The notes beneath the pieces were generated by a model. That model had not been told where the DNA came from, did no database searches, and saw nothing but the letters and a program-made list of their open reading frames with translations. The position numbers and the translations under genes are program-made. From Octopus sinensis (taxonomy: Eukaryota), in the NCBI RefSeq assembly GCF_006345805.1, contig NW_021827372.1, positions 1 to 10,585 on the forward strand: DNA of 10,585 bases, given 5' to 3'. The stretch's first letter is position 1. Each line of letters starts with the position of its first letter. Positions 8,239-10,585 of this stretch are shown here, piece after piece.

Positions 8239-8914
8239 ATTGTATGTTGAAGGGTTGTTTATGGTGAATCGAGACAGCTTCCCGGTTGCTCGTTTACAAA
8301 CAGACGAATGTCCTGTTCAAGTAAAAGATTTTGATGTCTCTGAGGAAGGAAAGACAGTTGTGTGTGAAAAAGCCAATAATGGAAATGTTAAAATATTCGA
8401 TGAAGACGGCCAGTTGCTATGTCACAGAAATGTTGCAAGTTTAGTTGGTGGTGTGTGTTTTACACAAGAATCACACATAATGGCCACGGTTCCTAAAAGG
8501 AAAGAAATATTTCAACTGAATGGAGAAGATTTGCAGACATCTCAAGTTTGGTCGAGTCTCATCCCTTATGGTGTAATATGGAGAAAAGTGGCGGGTATTT
8601 ACTGGTGTGTACATAATGAATTGATTGAATGTCATTGCATAAAGATTGATGGGGACCAAGTGAACATTCTGGAATCTGTGTCGTCATTAAATCTTGATTC
8701 TGGTCTTCGTTTCCCTTCCATTACATCTGAAACGAACAAGGAAATATTCAGTAATGAATTAATTAATAAATTGGAATACAGAGGAGGGGATGGAGATGGA
8801 GGAGGAAGAAGAAGAGGTAAATCAGGTGAAATAATTGGTAAAGGTAGATTAAAGGTGAGATGTGGTAATTACATAGCGGAGATTAATAATTCAGGAATTG
8901 ATGAATATCAGTGA
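8222..8914 (+). CDS. Segment encoding truncated propeller 5, joined to the previous ORF by a frameshift near a G run (8224-8228)
   Basis: Provided ORF. It contains VKDFDVSEEGKTVVCEKANNGNVKIFDEDGQLL and VGGVCFTQESHIMATVP. Confidence 0.75.
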   Translation: MGERNELYVEGLFMVNRDSFPVARLQTDECPVQVKDFDVSEEGKTVVCEKANNGNVKIFDEDGQLLCHRNVASLVGGVCFTQESHIMATVPKRKEIFQLNGEDLQTSQVWSSLIPYGVIWRKVAGIYWCVHNELIECHCIKIDGDQVNILESVSSLNLDSGLRFPSITSETNKEIFSNELINKLEYRGGDGDGGGRRRGKSGEIIGKGRLKVRCGNYIAEINNSGIDEYQ

Positions 8915-9983
8915 GGAGACTTCCATATAGGACAGCAATGGTCCCTTTTTCCATTCCTGCATTCGAGGAACCTGTTGATTATGATTATGGGACATTAGGG
9001 ACCGGAACAGTAAACTAATTAAGTTAGATGAGAATGTGAGTGTGTTGATGTTTCGAGAAAGTGTCACATTAATCAGAACAACAACAACAACAACAGTGGA
9101 CATACTTCAACATGAACAACAACAACAACGAACCCACTGGACATATGTCGGTGGACAGAGGAATGTTTCATTGTCGCCTTTGGGAGAGAAATGAGGGTCT
9201 TCAACAGGGATCTCCATCGTTTAAAAACCATCAGAACTGAGAAATACTACAACAGGATTTATAAATACAACGACAATCAACTCGTGTGTGGTGGTCATTA
9301 TATTAGAGACATAACTCAAGGAGAGAGACACAAGAAATACGTAAGAAAATGGATAAACAACAAGGATTGCTATTATTGCGATGACCCCGACATCTTTGAC
9401 CCTTATTATGTGGATGTGGTTGATTTTGAAGATGGGAAATGTAAAGATGAAGTGTGTCGTGGGAAGATGGGGAGAAAGGGAAGGTTGGAGGGAGAAGAAG
9501 GGGTGTTGGATGATGTGGGAGTCACATCTTTTGGTGATGTTGTTGTTTTGGGGAGGGAGATGGAATGATGGAGGGAGAGGAGTGGAGAGAGGGAGTTGGT
9601 GTGGAGGATCTGGATTTTGGGAAGTTTTTTGTTTTGTGGAATGGTTCAGGGAAAAGTCTTTGGTGAGGAGGATAAGAATAGAAGAAATATTTATTGATCC
9701 GGAAGATTATATTTCAAGACCTCGTCTGACCATAATTGGTGAATGTGTTTATATAACAGATACAATAAACAATATTTACGAAATACCTCGACAGATTGAA
9801 GAGGAAACATCTGAAGTTATTAAAGACCGGGGATTAAAAGATAATCCAAAATATTTACTCCTCAGAGGGGAGGATAATGAAGTCTCTGAAGTTCTTGGTT
9901 TGGATGTTTCAGACAATTCTTTGATGGTTTTTGGAATTATTCCTGGACCTCAATCTTTTGCTTTCTTTTATTTTGACAAATAA
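8905..9983 (+). CDS. Fragmented propeller 6 and C-terminus
   Basis: Frame 1 ISVRRLPYRTAMVPFSIPAFEEPVDYDYG, frame 3 DIRDRNSKLIKLDEN, frame 2 ECVDVSRKCHINQNNNNNNSGHTST*TTTTTNPLDICRWTEECFIVAFGREMRVFN...GREME, then frame 3 ...RPRLTIIGECVYITDTINNIYEIP...FAFFYFDK* (TAA at 9981-9983). Confidence 0.65.
9077..9129 (+). repeat. Two (AAC)n tracts inside the coding frame
   Basis: (AAC)6 at 9077-9094 and (AAC)5 at 9115-9129, read as poly-Asn and poly-Thr in frame 2. Confidence 0.9.
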
Positions 9984-10003
9984 ATATTTCCAGAAATATT
10001 AAA
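9979..10003 (+). terminator. Candidate polyadenylation signals
   Basis: AATAAA at 9979-9984 overlaps the stop codon; ATTAAA lies at 9998-10003. Weak evidence in AT-rich DNA. Confidence 0.35.
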
Positions 10004-10048
10004 CTTCAATCTTCTTCTTCTTCTTATTGTTGTTGTTGTTGTTGTAAA

Positions 10049-10101
10049 TGGCTTCGCCCGGGAATCGAACCTGCATCGCATACATTGCATTCTACACACT
10101 T
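10049..10101 (-). other. tRNA-like remnant (tRNA-Gly-like pseudogene or SINE head)
   Basis: The minus strand reads AGTGTGTAGAATGC...GCAGGTTCGATTCCCGGGCGAAGCCA, with a perfect B box GGTTCGATTCC. There is no intact anticodon arm and no 5' acceptor strand, so it is not a functional tRNA. Confidence 0.4.
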
Positions 10102-10131
10102 ATTGTTGTAACATTCCTCAACACTCTCTCT

Positions 10132-10262
10132 TTGTGTGTGTGTGTATATTTATATACAGTATATGTACATGCGTTTATATATATATACACACATATTTAG
10201 GAATGTATGTATAGAAATAAGGCTATAAGTATGTATGTTTGTGTGTGTGTATATACGCATGT

Positions 10263-10296
<34 letters not shown>

Positions 10297-10313
10297 ACGC
10301 ATGCATGTATGTA
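10132..10313. repeat. Compound TA/TG/TATG microsatellite region
   Basis: Directly visible dinucleotide and tetranucleotide tracts. Confidence 0.9.
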
Positions 10314-10374
10314 TAGGAATGTCTGGTCCGAAAGCAGAGACTTTCATAATCATTGATTCTCCATTAAAAGGCAG

Positions 10375-10585
10375 ACGACCACCGCCGCCGTCTCCGTCGT
10401 CGTCGTGGTCGTCGTCGTCGTCTCCGCCGTCGTCGTGGTCGTGGTCGTCGTCGTCGTGGTCGTCGTCGTCGTCTCCGCCGTCGTCGTCGTCGCCGTCGTG
10501 GTCGTCGTCGTCTCCGCCGTCGTCGTCGTCGTCGCCGCCGTCGTGGTCGTCGCGGTAGTCGTCTCCGCCGTCGTCGTCGTCTCCG
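10375..10585. repeat. GC/CpG-rich (GTC)n trinucleotide repeat with recurring GTG, TCC and GCC variants; runs off the window
   Basis: Units such as GTCGTCGTCGTCTCCGCC and GTCGTCGTG recur repeatedly. Confidence 0.95.

Larger units (their letters stand above)
4465..9983 (+). pseudogene. Single-exon gene (~1,840 codons) for a helical N-terminus plus ~6 tandem NHL-like beta-propeller modules; frame interrupted ~15 times (sequence error or young pseudogene)
   Basis: Successive + strand fragments join into protein-like text with repeated ~40-aa blade motifs (PTDIAVG, ATDICRWDSNHIGVTLP, KMCRWQSNTLVIT, PLDICRWTEECFIVAF, GNVKIFDEDGQLL, GNIKIFTLDGHLL, LYVPDTQLNRVLLY). No intron-like AT/microsatellite gaps occur between 4465 and 9983. 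Confidence 0.75.

Noticed and set aside
5011-9103. Minus-strand ORFs (5011-5235, 6097-6519, 6558-6740, 7153-7335, 7302-7526, 7985-8203, 8471-8659, 8891-9103)
   Set aside because: Antisense shadows of the + strand coding region with no independent protein motifs.
4500-9650. Programmed ribosomal frameshifting as the explanation of the frame breaks
   Set aside because: About 12 shifts with no consistent slippery-site or structure motif; error or decay is far more parsimonious.
4465-9983. Assigning a gene symbol such as TRIM71/lin-41, TRIM2/3 or brat
   Set aside because: No RING, B-box or filamin domain is seen, and the blades are too diverged; only fold-level resemblance is supported.
4465-9983. 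Viral or bacterial (horizontally transferred) origin or operon-like ORF cluster
   Set aside because: It has a eukaryotic splice acceptor and Kozak start, no viral or transposase hallmark genes and no terminal repeats, and the ORFs are pieces of one frame.
10235-10558. + strand ORF with a poly-Ser/Pro/Trp tail
   Set aside because: It starts in a TA microsatellite and ends in the (GTC)n repeat; only about 20 codons are unique sequence.
10375-10585. CRISPR-like or coding tandem array
   Set aside because: There are no unique spacers; it is a degenerate trinucleotide repeat in eukaryotic DNA.

Overview
AT-rich eukaryotic genomic DNA, most likely from an octopus (judged from SINE sequences I recall, plus abundant TG/TA/AAC/GTC microsatellites). 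Bases 1-4440 are intron-like or intergenic: two tRNA-derived SINE copies that retain their heads, a third missing its 5' end, two SINE 3' tails in opposite orientations, two fold-back palindromes and some candidate splice signals. From a strong splice acceptor (4457) and a Kozak-context ATG (4465), the + strand ORF fragments join into one intron-free reading frame of about 5.5 kb (4465-9983, about 1,840 codons). It would encode an N-terminal helical region followed by about six tandem NHL-like beta-propeller modules. The frame is broken by about 15 lesions, mostly single-base deletions in two patches, plus one isolated in-frame TAG (7129-7131) inside an otherwise clean 2.7 kb stretch. The gene is therefore either intact with consensus errors or a young pseudogene. 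The window ends with a tRNA-like remnant and simple repeats. No database search was possible; fold and family assignments are pattern-based.
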